Below are positions 51,627 to 64,000 of a stretch of 64,000 nt of DNA, in pieces. Both the position numbers and the translations under genes were made by a program. Every line of letters begins with the position of its first letter. The stretch's first letter is position 1. The stretch is taken from the NCBI RefSeq assembly GCF_009834535.1, contig NC_045707.1, forward strand, positions 45,634,001 to 45,698,000, in the 5' to 3' direction. Under the pieces are notes generated by a model. It was given only the letters and a program-made list of their open reading frames with translations, had not been told where the DNA came from and searched no databases. This DNA comes from Camelus ferus (lineage: Eukaryota).

Positions 51627-54069
51627 CTTAAAAAGAGAAATAAGGGCAGAAAGTTGAAACAAAAAGGTATCTGTAGAAAATATTTATACTAATTGATTCA
51701 ACAAATATTTGCAGAGGACCTAGTACTGTGAGCACAAGGGATAGCAGAGAACAAAACAAAGTCCTTGTCCTTGTATAGCTTTCATTTTAGTGGAGAGAGA
51801 CAGAGTAAACAAATAAACAAATATATACCATATCAGGTGATGAAGAATTATTTAAGAAAAGCAGGGTAAGGGGGACTAGAAGGTAGGAATGGAGAGTTTC
51901 TGTTTTATATTGGAGGGCCAAAGACAACTTCTTTGATAAGGGGGCATTTGAGTGGAAACCTATAATAGTGAGAGGCAAACCATGCTGTTATGGGGGAAAG
52001 TGTTCTAGGCAGAGGGAAAAGCCAGAGCAAAGGCCATCAGATGGGAATGTGCTTGACAAATCCAAACTAAACCAAATCTCTAGAATGCTGGCTTCCAGAA
52101 AATATCACTGAAATGTCAACCTGCTGGTAAGACAATGCTGAGTTTATTCTAACTGAAGGAAGGGAGAGCACTACCTTGATAGAGTCTTCATAGCTTCCTA
52201 TGAGTGGGCATGGCAACCTTACCTCCATTGGTTGAGAATGATTGAGTAAACTGTGAGGTACTGTTGCCATAGATATAGATCTCAGTTCACACATTCAGAT
52301 GAGCAGAAAATACAACTTTTAAAAAAAATTCGGTATACTTTCTTGGTAGATTTTACCAGTGGGTGGCATACATTTACAGTCCTATTATCCATTCTCTAAG
52401 AGTTCATCTCAGTTCCAGACAGCTGATGAAATAAGGTACTGGGGGAAATGAGAAGGTTGGGGAAGTGTCATCAGGTTCTCAGGCACCTTCATTCCAAATG
52501 GTCTGTAGTGATTGGTTTCTGAAGGGCACAGCTGCACCTAACACCACCCCCTCCACACCAGCTTCAGCTGCAAGGCTTCTTGAGGCCAGGCTGTCTCTCA
52601 CATTGATCTCAGCACATGGGAAACACTTATCTGGCTCCTGTCCTATGCTGAACTCAAGGACACTGAGACTATTTCACTCCCATCTGTGTAGAAACCCCAC
52701 ACAACCATCTGTCCTCTTACTCTTGAGTCACACTGGGCATGGGATAAACTCCAACGCTCACTACCTGTCCAGACTTTCAGATCCCTCAAATCCACCTGAG
52801 TTCTCTACTGAGTTCTTTGTGCCCTGTGACTTGGCTAAGGAGGATGACACAGAGCTTTTACTCCAGGAGTCTCTACCACTGAACTCTCTACTTACTCTCC
52901 CACATTCTTGTCCATCCCCTACTCCTTTGGGGTGGGAAAACCTGCTCCTGCAGATCATGTATTCTTCCATATCCCTTTTGCCATGCACCTAGAATCTCCG
53001 CTTTTCAACCTCAAAAGCCAAGAATTTGATACTTTTGTTCTCACAATGCTTTCCTGAAGCCATCGGTGATGACCAAAAGCTAGGTTAAGTGGGAGAAGGC
53101 TGTGGGTGAAAAAGAAAGACTGGGAAGAGAGCACAGTACGGATTTCTCCTGTGACATACATTAAGGATGACGAGTACATGAGTAGTGTAACTACTTGGAA
53201 TTTATATATATGTAATAATTACATATACAATTTATATGTATATACATATGTATAAAACAATAAAGAGCATGCAGCAGTCTATGCACATTGTTTAGTTGTT
53301 TAATAAGAAGTATATATCATTGCTTTTATATAATCAGAAAAACCTAAATATTTAGAAAATGTATACATATACATTATACCTCCCTCATAGTATGGTTTGT
53401 GAGACCTGAATAAGATAAATTACCATGGAAATTTTCAGCGTTTTAAGATAAAAAGATAAAATTAGATAGAGACAGATATCTCCAAACTCTTCGAGTTCTA
53501 TACATCAAATATGTAACAGCTTTTTGTATGTCAATCATTCCTCAATAAAGTGGCTTTTTAAAAATAAGTAGAGATAGATAAGAGATGGATAGATGGATGG
53601 ATGGATGGACAAACAGATGAATATGGAGATAATAGACAGGTAAATATCTAGAAAGTTCACCAGTGTAATTGCCCATTTTTAAATCAGACGTAATACTGCC
53701 CAAGAATGGGAACTGACCAGGAAGACCTGTCCTGTTTTCTAAAATACCTGTGATTTCTCTTCATCCTTGGGAATTGGTCATGAGGCTCTTGACCTCCACT
53801 GCTTATCCCAGGGCCATCCCTGAACCTCACTATGCCTGATCCAAAGCTTCTCCTGATTTCCACTGTATCCTGCAGTCTCCCCCAACTCCAGTCCTTCCAA
53901 TATCACACCTCAGAAGCTTAAGAAGAAGAGGGTAAGGGATGGCATTAAATGTCAGCAAGGGTTAGAGTAAGGTCAAATTTGAGCTGAAGGAGTCAGGTAA
54001 GAATGTCAAAATGTTCCCAGCCAACCAAGCCCAGGTCTCTTGAAGACCACCTGCAGTAGATGTTAATTT

Positions 54070-54781
54070 ACTATTACTTTCCTAGGGCCACCATTACAAA
54101 GTACCAAAAACTGGGTAGTTTAATACAACAGAAATTTATTCTTTCACAGTTAAGGAGGCCAGAAGTCAGAAATCAAGATGTTAGCAGGGTTGATTCCTTC
54201 TGGAGGCTCTGAGGTAGAATCCATTCCATGCTGCTCTCTTAGCTTCTGGTGATTGCAGGCAATCCCTGATGTATGCTGGCCTATAGACTATCATTCCAGT
54301 CTCTGCCTTCATCTTCATATCACCTTCTTTTCTGTCTCTCTCTCTGACCACTCCTCTTTTTTTTTTTTTTAAGATTTTTATAGCTCACTCTTTTTTTAAT
54401 TGTTTAATTATTTTTTAATTTAAAAAGTTTTAATACAATTTTAAATGTTACTTTCCATTTACAGTTATTACAAAATATTTGCTATATTCCTGTGTTGTAC
54501 AATACATCCATGAGCCTATCTTACACCCAGTAGTTTTACTTGACCCATATATTGCCCCTCTCCTCCCCACTGGTAACCACTAGTTTGTTCTCTATATCTC
54601 TGAGTCTGGTTCTTTTTTGTTATAGTCACTAGTTTTGTATTTTTTAGACTCTACATAAAAGTGATATCATATAGAATTTGGATTTCTCTGTCTGATTTAT
54701 TTCACTTAGCATAATGCCCTCCAACTCCATCCATGTTGCTGCAAATGGCAAATTTTGTTCTTTTTTATGGCTGAATAGTAT

Positions 54782-54830
<49 letters not shown>

Positions 54831-55580
54831 CCACATCTGTCTCCATTTATCTGTTGATGGAAACTTAGGTAGCTTCCATATCTTGGCTATTGTAAAGCTG
54901 CTATGAACATTGGAGTGCATGTATCTTTTCAAATTAGTGGTTTTGGCTTTTTCAGATACATACCCTGGAGTGGAATTGCTGGATCATACGGTAGTTCTAT
55001 TTTTAGTTTTTTGAGTAACCTCCATAATGTTTTCCACAATAGTTAAACTAGTTTACATTCCCACTAATAGTGTACAAGGGTTTCTTTTTCTCCACTTCTT
55101 CTCCGACATTAGTTACTTGTGTTCTTTTTGACAATAGCCATTCTGACAGGTGTGAAGTAATACCTCATTGTAGTTTTGATTTGCATTTCCCTGTTGATTA
55201 GCGATGCTGAGCATCTTTTCATGTGTGTGTTGGCCATTTGCATTTCCTCTTTGGAAAAAATGTCTATTCAGTTCTTCTGCCCATTTTTAAATCAGGTTGT
55301 TTGTTTTTCTGATGTTGAGGTGTATGAGCTGTTTATATATGTTGGATATCAATCCCTTATCAATCATATCATTTGCAAAAATGCCTCCCATTCAGTATGA
55401 TCTCTCCTCTTCTTAAAAGGACACCAGTCATTGGATTTAGGACCCACCCTAAATCCAATTTAGAATGATTTCATCTTGAGATCTTTATCTAATTACATCT
55501 GCAAAGGCCATGTTTCCAAATAAGGTGACATTCTAAAGTTCAGAGTGGACATGAATTTGGGGGAGACACTATGCAATTCA
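54070..55580. mobile_element. MLT1 (MaLR) LTR split by an L1 insertion (~54355-55397, minus strand)
   Basis: MLT1 motifs acaacagaaatttattctttcacagt...aaatcaagatgttagcaggg on the left and aggacaccagtcattggatttaggacccaccct on the right, with an L1 3' end and poly-T between them. Confidence 0.85.
54785..54826. repeat. (TG)21 microsatellite inside L1
   Basis: Read directly from the sequence. Confidence 0.97.
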
Positions 55581-57531
55581 TTATAATTACGATTCCTCTG
55601 TATTTGTCCTTCTTTGAGATGTTACTTACCCCCATACCTCTGCCTGATTCTCTTCCATGTGTTCAATTTCAGTTTAGTTGGTGACTCATATTTAAAGCAC
55701 CTAGTTGAAAATTTTGGACAAAGGTACCTTAAATATATAAATGCAGGAAACAAAAAAGCATGAAATATGAGCTGAGAAAAACTTTTTCTGGCCCATGGAG
55801 CTTCAGAAACAGATTGACATTGTAGCTTATTCATAAGGCAGCCTTTTAGTGAACTAAGTCATCATGTTACTTCTGAATTTGCTGAATTTGAATTTTTTGA
55901 ATGGGCCCCATCACATATTTTCCCATCCCTATGTTTTGACTTCCCTTGATTTCAAGATGATGGGAGTTGAGAGTTAGGTCATCCAGAGAGCAGGAATTGC
56001 CTCCCAACCCCCACCCCCTCTTTTTTAAACAAGTTAACCATAAATGTGCTTTTGTGTGTTTCAGCCATGTTCAGCATTTCATCTGTGCCACCTATGCTTC
56101 TTATGAAGCCCCTTCTCGCTATTTCCCTTCCCTGGCTGGTTACCAAATTACCTGTCGAAATGTGTCAGCAGCTTGCCAGAAAATAGAGTACAGGTCAGCG
56201 AAAAACTAAAAGAAATAAAAGACTAATGCTTGATTCTCAAGATGCAAATAGAGAGAGATTAATGGGGCAGCATAGTGCCTCACTGAGCGGCAGGTACACA
56301 CCTGCCGCTCAGTGTGGAAGAGCCTTTCCCAACTTTGATGTTGCAATGAAAAGAAGATGACAGAATCTGGAAGCATTTTAAAGGTTAAGAAAGCATGTAC
56401 TTTCAAAAAGTCTTTTCCTCTCCCAGCTCTAGTAGTTCAACAGTTTCGAAAGAAAGATTAGGAAACATCATGTAATTTTATGGCATTTTAATTGGCTAGC
56501 TCAGGCTTCTTCACATGGTGAAGCTGAAAAATACTGCAGCCATTTTTTGCATTTGATCACAAGGGCATCACCTAAATCGAAGTTATTACTTTTTTCTCTG
56601 CCTCTCTTCACCCCCAATTCTATTTTGATTGATCATGCATAGTAGAATCTGAGAAGTGTAAATACATGTAAGATTAATGACTATACCAGTAGTACTCTGT
56701 TAACCACTGATCCCACCTCTCAAACGTGTTGAAACTTATAAGCTTGGTTATCTTCTTTCTCCTGGTTATCGTCTATCTCCAGATAGTCTTATGTTCTTAC
56801 TTAGAATTTCATGTCATCCTCTGATTCCTTTCTACATCCTGTGATTATCCAACCTGAATTGGTCACTTCATTTTATCTCAGGTCTCAAATGTGTCACCTA
56901 CAACTGCTCACAAAGTGCAGATACTATGAAGTCTGTATTTATATGGCTTTAGTGAATTCTGTTCCTGTTTGGTATTCTATAAAATCTCCACATTCTGAAC
57001 TTTCTGGAGATGTGAATTCTTCATGTGCTTGCTAAAGTGTCTGCAAATATCTCCTAGAAATTGATCTTTAAGACAACAGTGAGAGTAATTTAATGCACTT
57101 CCCCAGTTATAGGCTAAGTGTTGCTTTAAATATTTTCCCTTTTAAAACTTGATGATGTTTCTTTTCTTCACAATAATGTGTTTTGTAGCTATCGCATTTA
57201 GAATTAACAGCTCTGTACTTGCTGCCTTATCCATGGGTTTCACTGTTAAATATTTCATACCGCCTTCCATAAGGATTATATTGCCTGATGAGTGTGTCAC
57301 AATGGAACTTGGTGGCTTTGAGTTTCAGAAGACCCTGCCTGCTCAGGCCTCTTTTTAACCTTATCTCCTATGACTCACCCCCTTGTTTGCTGACCTTCTG
57401 CCTCTCTTCATGGCCTTTGTACTCTTTGTTCCCTAAGACTGAAAGTTCTTGTCCCAACTCTTTGCATGACTGATTTTCTCTTATCTTTCAGATCTCAGTT
57501 TAAATGTCACCTCCTAGGAGAGATCTTTTCT

Positions 57532-58133
57532 TTTTTCTTTTTGGTTTAAACAGCTTTATTGAGAAAACAAATTATAATCCACAAATTCACCCGAAGTGTA
57601 TAATACAATGTTTTTTTAGTATATTTGCAAGAGTTTTGTATCCATTGCCATAGTCTAACATTAGAACATTTTCATCACACTAGAAAGAAATCTTAGCAGC
57701 CACTCACCATTCCCCACCCTTCCCTCCAATCCTAGGCGACCACTAGTCAACCCTTGCCTCTATAGCTTTGTCTATTCTGAAAATTCCACATAAATGAAAG
57801 TATACAATATGTGGTCTCTTGTGACTGGCTTTTTTTCACATAGCATAACTCTTTTAAAGTTTATCTATGTTGTAGCATGTATCAGTACTTCATTCCTTTT
57901 TATGGCCATTGAATGTATATATACCACCTTTTGTTTCTCATTCATCAGTTGATGGACATTGAGGTTGTTTCTGCTTTCTGACTACTATGAATAATGCTTC
58001 TGTGAACATTCGTATACATGTTTTTGTGTGGATGTATGTTTCATTTCTCTTGTATAGATACCCACGAGTGGAATTGCTGGCTTGTATGGTAACTATTTTT
58101 AACTTTTAAGGAACTTGCTGACTGTTTTCCAAA
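57532..58133 (-). mobile_element. L1MB-like 3' fragment inserted into an L2
   Basis: 13-bp TSD agagatcttttct at 57519-57531 and 58134-58146. The L2 3' end (aataaatgtttgttgaatgattgaat) resumes to ~58395. Confidence 0.85.
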
Positions 58134-59132
58134 AGAGATCTTTTCTGACCATCCATTTGAAAAAGCCCTCTTCTTCCCTTTCTGTTTCTCGAGTGATTAC
58201 TTTATTTCTCCTCAGCATCAATCATAATCTGAAAGTAAATTTTCATTTACTGGGTCTGTGCAACTAGAATATGATCTCCATTATGGGAAGGAGCATATCT
58301 GTCCTGCTCACTGCTTCACCTTTAACATTTAATGTGTGCCTAGTATATAGTGACCGCTTAATAAATGTTTGTTGAATGATTGAATAGTGAGTGAACAGGA
58401 CTTTGGGAAATATTTGTGTCAGACTATTGGGAGTAGGTGTTGGGAGGTGGGGAGGCAGGGACAGGTAAGATTTTAAGAGAGCCACCCATAGAAATTATAA
58501 TTGAAAGTGTTGTAGTAGTTAGAATATGTTTTACTAAAAGTAGAGTGAGGATGCTTTGCTATAGCAAGTAACAGAAAAATACCATTAAAAATGGGAGATA
58601 GGAAGGGCTCTACATGCAGTATAATTTACAGCTCAGTGATGTCATCAAGGACCCAGGTTCTTTTTATATCTCCACTTGGCCATCCTTGGCGTCCTTTCTT
58701 CCAAGGTGGTTCCCGTGGTGGCTACCAGTGATATTAGCTACATGCTCCTTTTCATGTCTAGCAGGGGAAAAACTCATCTTTTCGATAGACTGTATGGCCT
58801 TTCTTTCTGTCTGTTTAGGCAGCTTAGTCACAGGCCCACCCTGAACCAAAAGGGATGCAAGGGAAAGCCCAGCACCTATGGGCTTAGACGACTTAGGATC
58901 TGCCCCTGTAAATGGGGTTGGTCTCTTAGGGATGAAGTGCTGAAGGAATAGGAATTTTCTAGGAAGTAAGGAAGGGATAGAGAATGGATGCTGGGTAGCC
59001 AGCCTACAGTGGAGCAGATGGAACTTGATTTGGGTCAGCAGCAATCTCTAAAGGTCTGATCCAATGGGAAAAGCAGAATTTCCAAAGCTGTGGTGATATT
59101 CAGTGAAGGAAATGAGGGAGGTATACGTGGGC

Positions 59133-59360
59133 CAGGGGCTGGCAAACTTTTTCTATAAAGGGCCAGATAGTAAATATTTTAGGCTTTGCAGGTCTTTCAG
59201 TCTCCATTGCAACTACTCAGCTCTACCACTGTAGTGTGAAAGCAGCCATAGTCAACACATAAACAAATGGGCATGGCTGTATTCTGATAAAATTTTGTTT
59301 ACAAAACCAGGTAGCAGGCCATATTTGGCCTGTAGATTGTAGTTTGCCTTTTTCTGGCCT
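59133..59360 (-). mobile_element. MER58A hAT DNA transposon
   Basis: caggggctggcaaactttttctataaagggccagatagtaaatattttaggctttgc...gtagtttgcc. Confidence 0.88.
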
Positions 59361-59579
59361 AGACTATGGATAATATCACATAATTATCCTCACAGTTGAG
59401 AAATGGATAATATCACATAATTATCCTGAGAAATCATGCTTTCTTGAAGTTGGATTGGCATTTTCATTCTAAGATATACCCTTATACAAGGATCCTGGTT
59501 GATTCTCCTCTACACTTGAAGGTTCAGTTTTTAGATACCCAGTATTTATTGAGCACCTGCTGTGTGTCAGGCTCATCTG

Positions 59580-60310
59580 CATTTCATTCTTTATCTAATT
59601 GCTCTATTGCTGCTTTGAAGATTTTCTCTTTGTCATTGGTTTTGATGTATGTAAGTGTGGATCTCTTTGAAATTATCCTACTTGGAATTTGTTGAACTTC
59701 TTGGATGTGTAGATTAATATTTTTCAACAAATTTGAGACTTTTTACGCCATTATTTCTTTAAATTTTTCCATCCATTTTTCTCTACTCCTGGTACTCCCA
59801 ATAGGTATATGTATGTTGGTATGGCTTAATGGTGTCCATAGGACTCACAGATTCTGTTTGTCTTCACTTTTTTTTCTTTCTGTTCTGTGGACTGGATAGT
59901 CTCTATTGAGCTATCTTCAAGTTTATTGATTCTTTATTTTGCTAGCTCAAATTAACTGTTGAGTGCCCCTAGTAAAGCTTTTATTTCCATTATTGTACTT
60001 TTCAATTCCAGAATATCCATTTAGTTTTTTTTTCTTTAATTTCTGTTTCTTTTTGATATTCCCTATTTGAATACATCATTATCATATTTTATTTTAATTT
60101 TTAAATGTTTTCCTTTAGTTTTTTAAAACATATTTATAATAGCTGCTTTGAAACCTGTTTGTTAAGTCCAACATCTGGGCCCCATAAAGACAGCTTCTAT
60201 CTCAGGTTTTGAGGGGGTTTTTTGTGTGTATAGGTCACATTTTCCTTTTTATTTACATGTTGTAATTTTTTACTGAAAACTAGACATTTTAGATAATATA
60301 TTTTAATGAC
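59580..60310 (-). mobile_element. Old L1 5'/ORF1-region fragment
   Basis: gctgctttgaagattttctctttgtcattggttttg...cttggaatttgttgaacttcttggatgtgtagatt...aatagctgctttgaaacc. Confidence 0.7.
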
Positions 60311-61419
60311 TTCAGTTCTGATCCCCTCCAATTCCAAAAGTATATCTTGTCTAGTTTTGTCTCTCATAAATAACCTTATTTAGTGATGTAATGTGTAGCT
60401 CACCCAGACAAAAATAATCCACTTTAAGACAGAATTCCCTTATGGGAGGTAGTTTTTCCTAGTGTTGGCACCTCAATCTTGACTCTAATAGTCTGGAAGG
60501 GTCCATCTAAAAGAGGCACCAATATGTAATGACAACTGGGACAGTGTAGAGATAAAGAATTGGTTGAGAAAGTCTAAGCCTGTAGGGTACAGTGATAAAT
60601 TCCATATAATCCTCTACAATATACTGATATAAAGTAAACTGCTGGGATGTTCTGGGGCATCTGAGATCAGTGTTTGGTTTTACCTAACTAAGAAAGTGAA
60701 AGCATCTAACTGGCAGAACTGAGGGCTGAGTTCAGTGCAGGCTGGATCCTACTGTACTGGACTCTGGAGTACCAGACTCTGCTGAGGTATCCACTTCTTC
60801 TTCATGTCCTTATAAGTGGGTCTAAGTCTTTGCTGAAGTATCATTTATTAATGTTGAATTCTTATTCATTGACTCCTATGTGCGCCTTCACTTTCTACCC
60901 ATTTACTGTAAACGCTGGCTCTGGTTAAGCATTGCTGAAGCTCTCTGTAATTCTACCCAGAGAATTTACTGTTTACAGATTCTCAATGAGAAAGCCATGT
61001 AGAAGTGAGGATATATTGATGTTTTTATATTTTTTAATAAGAGTAATTCCTGCACATGGCAAAAATTTTCTTGGAAAATTTTTCATCATTTCCAAGTAAA
61101 ATTACAATTGTATTACAGTTTAAAATTTCCCTTTCTTTCAACCTCTTATTCCCTTCTGCCAGTATATCCACAGCAAAGAGTATTTTGTGTATTCTTCAAA
61201 ATATAGTGGAGTTCACATCAACATACACATTGACATATACACATTTACTTACTTTTCTCTCTTTGTATGCCAGGTAGTTAAGTTTCTCTTGAAAAAAGTA
61301 CTTCTTGTCCTGAAGTCTGAGCTAAAAATAGAGTCCTCTTTTGTGAAGTCCTATTTTAATTCTATTGCCACACCATTAACACATCCTCAGAAAGGGAGCT
61401 CAGTGGACAGATAACTGAT

Positions 61420-61812
61420 AACCAATAAATAAAATGTGGTCTATCCATACAAAACAACATGAAGTGCTGATACATGTTACAACATGGACTAACCTTGAAG
61501 GCATTATGCTAAGTGAAATCAGTCATAAAAGACTAGTATGACTTATATAATTCCATGTATATGAAATGTACAAAACAGGCAAATGTATATAGACAGAAAG
61601 TAGATAAGTGGTTGCCAGGGGGCCAAGGGGAGGGATGACTGGGAACCACTGCTAATGGGCATGTGGTTTCTTTTGGGGGTGATGAAAATGTTCTAAAATT
61701 GATTGTGGTGATAGTTGCACAATTCTGTAAATATACTAGAAATCATTTAATTATACACTTTAAATAGTGAATAATATGACAAATGAATTAAATCTCATCA
61801 AAGCAGTTTTAT
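61420..61812 (+). mobile_element. L1MB-type 3' end
   Basis: gaagtgctgatacatgttacaacatgg...ggggtgatgaaaatgttctaaaattgattgtggtgatagttgcacaattctg. Confidence 0.85.
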
Positions 61813-63436
61813 AAGAAAGAGACAGTGCTCAAAATATTAATATAGAATTTACTGTCCTATATTGTATGGTTAAAGTGTATGTCATTATTTCCCTTTTGCC
61901 TACAATTGGACCTAAACCTGGTATTCTCTGTTCACAACAATTTTATGAAATAGTTTAAAAAACTCCCCTTGTCATTTAAATAATATTAAAGTAAAAATAA
62001 AACCTGTAAATTAGAAATAATAGTGGTTCGATGTGGACAGTAGATGCAAAGTTGGGCCACATGATTTGTGAGATCTCTTTTAGGACTAGCTTACAGACAG
62101 ACTTACAGATTTACAAATCAGCAAGATTAGAACTGAAATAAAAGTACATCCCAAATCTTCACTTTCTGGGTAGAAGCCAGAATGTTCAGTGCCCTTCTCA
62201 GACTTTAATATTGCCCAACAGTGAAGTTTATACTGGGAAATTGTCACCTTAATTATCTGTTACATGAAATGAAATGCCCAAGATTTGTTATATCTGTGAA
62301 ACAAATAGGAGATGATTTCCCCCCACTTGCCCCTCTGGAGTTGTTGCTTTCCTCATCCTGTCCCTGTCTTCTTCGATAATAGTAAATAAGTAGATGAATA
62401 CAACACCTCTGTTGATGATATTTTGGGAACTTCCCAGAAGCCCAAAACACTATGCCTCATGGCTAAGTCCTGCCCTTGTGTAATTTCATCCTGGGCACCA
62501 CAGATCATTTTTTGGTAGAGGGTACTGTCTGCTTTCAGCAGAACTGAAGGCTCTGAAAAAGAAGGCAAAAAGAAACCAAAAAAGCTGCCTCCAAAGGGAA
62601 TTCATTATTTAACTGTCAGTGACCATTTAAACCAATCCCGCTTTTGTGCATCTGTCATCCCACTAAAGGAGAGTCTTGGTAAGAAGGCTCAGCAACTCAC
62701 ACCAGCAGGAAGATGAATAAAAGAGGAGCATGGACTGGGAGCCCTGTGTAAGACATCCAGTGTGTAGGGAGATACAGTGCCAGCAGAGAGACAGCTGCTT
62801 TAGCTAGAGCTTCTCCTGCAGTGCTGATGGATGAATAGGGTCTTCCCTGAGGCTCCTCACAGGAATTAAAACAGCTCAAGGCTGCGCTGCCCAGGGTGAG
62901 TGAGAGGGTAGCCTGTTCAAGAAAGGAATATGCTCTAGGTTTCCAAGGCTTGGGGCCTCTATTTCCATTTTTCTCATTAGTTTGGCTGCTTTACTCCTCC
63001 AGCCCGTCTGTCAGACTGGGGGATCTTCAGTTAAGCCAAAATCACCCCTTTTATACTGTGAACTATTCCTATATTTTCATTAAATGGTGAGTCCCTCAAT
63101 TGAACTTTATATTAGGCTGTGGATATTTTATTAACTAACATTCTTCAGCCTCTATTTTCTTACCTGGGAAATGGGGTCCATAATATTGATGGAACTGTGA
63201 GGACGTAATAATAAAAGCTATACTTTCAAAGAACTTACAAGGTGCCTGGCTCTGTTCTAGGTGTTTTATGCGTATTTACTCACTTAGTTCTCACAACAGC
63301 TCTGTGAGTTGGATGCTGCTGTTATCATTTTAAGATAAGGAAACTGAGCCAAAGAAAGATTAAGAAATAGGTCCAAGTTCACACAATTAGGATATGGAAG
63401 AGCCTGGTTCAATACCATAAACAGTCTGGCTCCTGA

Positions 63437-64000
63437 AGTAGGGTTCCTTCTGCATATATGCCCAGGAGTGGGATTCCTGGGTCATACAGTAAGTCTATTC
63501 CTAGTCTTTTGAGGAATCTCCATACTGTTTTCCACAGTGGCTGCACTAAACTACATTCCCATCAGCAGTGTAGGAGGGTTCCCCTTTCTCCACAGCCACT
63601 CCAGCATTTGTCATTTGTGGATTTTTCAATGATGGCCATTCTGACTGGTGTGAGGTGATACCTCATTGTAGTTTTGATCTGCATTTCTCTGATAATTAGT
63701 GATATTGAGCGTTTTTTCATGTGCCTATTGATCACTTGTATGTCTTCCTTGGAGAATTGCTTGTTTAGGTCTTTTGCCCATTTTTGGATTGGGTTGTTTG
63801 GTTGTTTCTTATTAAGTCTTATGAGCTGCTTATATATTCTGGAGATCAAGCCTTTGTCGATTTCATTTGCAAAGATTTTCTCCCATTCCATAGGTTGTCT
63901 TTTTGTTTTGCTTATGGTTTCCTTTGCTGTGCAGAAGCTTGTAAGTTTCATTAGGTCCCATTTGTTTATTCTTTCTTTTATTTCCATTGCTTGAGTAGAC
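63437..64000 (-). mobile_element. Young L1 ORF2 segment, runs off the right edge
   Basis: Uninterrupted 141-aa frame [35 protein letters not shown]...[20 protein letters not shown]...[10 protein letters not shown]. Confidence 0.93.

Noticed and set aside
52465..52992. 175-aa ORF
   Set aside because: No true ATG start, Ser/Leu/Pro-rich low-information composition, no splice context or homology; likely chance or old LTR sequence.
62539..62678. Possible exon (ctttcag...G|GTAAGA; RTEGSEKEGKKKPKKLPPKG...)
   Set aside because: Splice-like ends but no recognisable homology; cannot be supported without an alignment.

Overview
Mammalian genomic DNA, repeat-rich and AT-rich, most likely camelid judging by the tRNA-derived SINE and the young L1 3' ends. 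The left third holds the 5' part of METAP2 on the minus strand: CpG-island promoter at ~20.4-21.5 kb and coding exons 1-4 (151/108/66/103 nt). The gene continues off the left edge. The right two thirds look intergenic but hide a divergently oriented (+ strand) multi-exon gene relic. Six exons (34918-50174) with splice signals and mostly matching phases encode a C3orf20/FAM194-like protein. It is interrupted by a frameshift/stop in exon C and two frameshifts in exon E, and it contains a U12-type (minor spliceosome) intron with ATATCCTT...TTCCTTAAC signals and unusual AT-AT termini. Its position and orientation suggest a decaying whole-genome-duplication paralog of C3orf20. The rest is L1, L2, MIR, MER/Tigger, MaLR/ERV LTR and microsatellite sequence. 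Protein and repeat family assignments come from recalled sequences, not from database searches.
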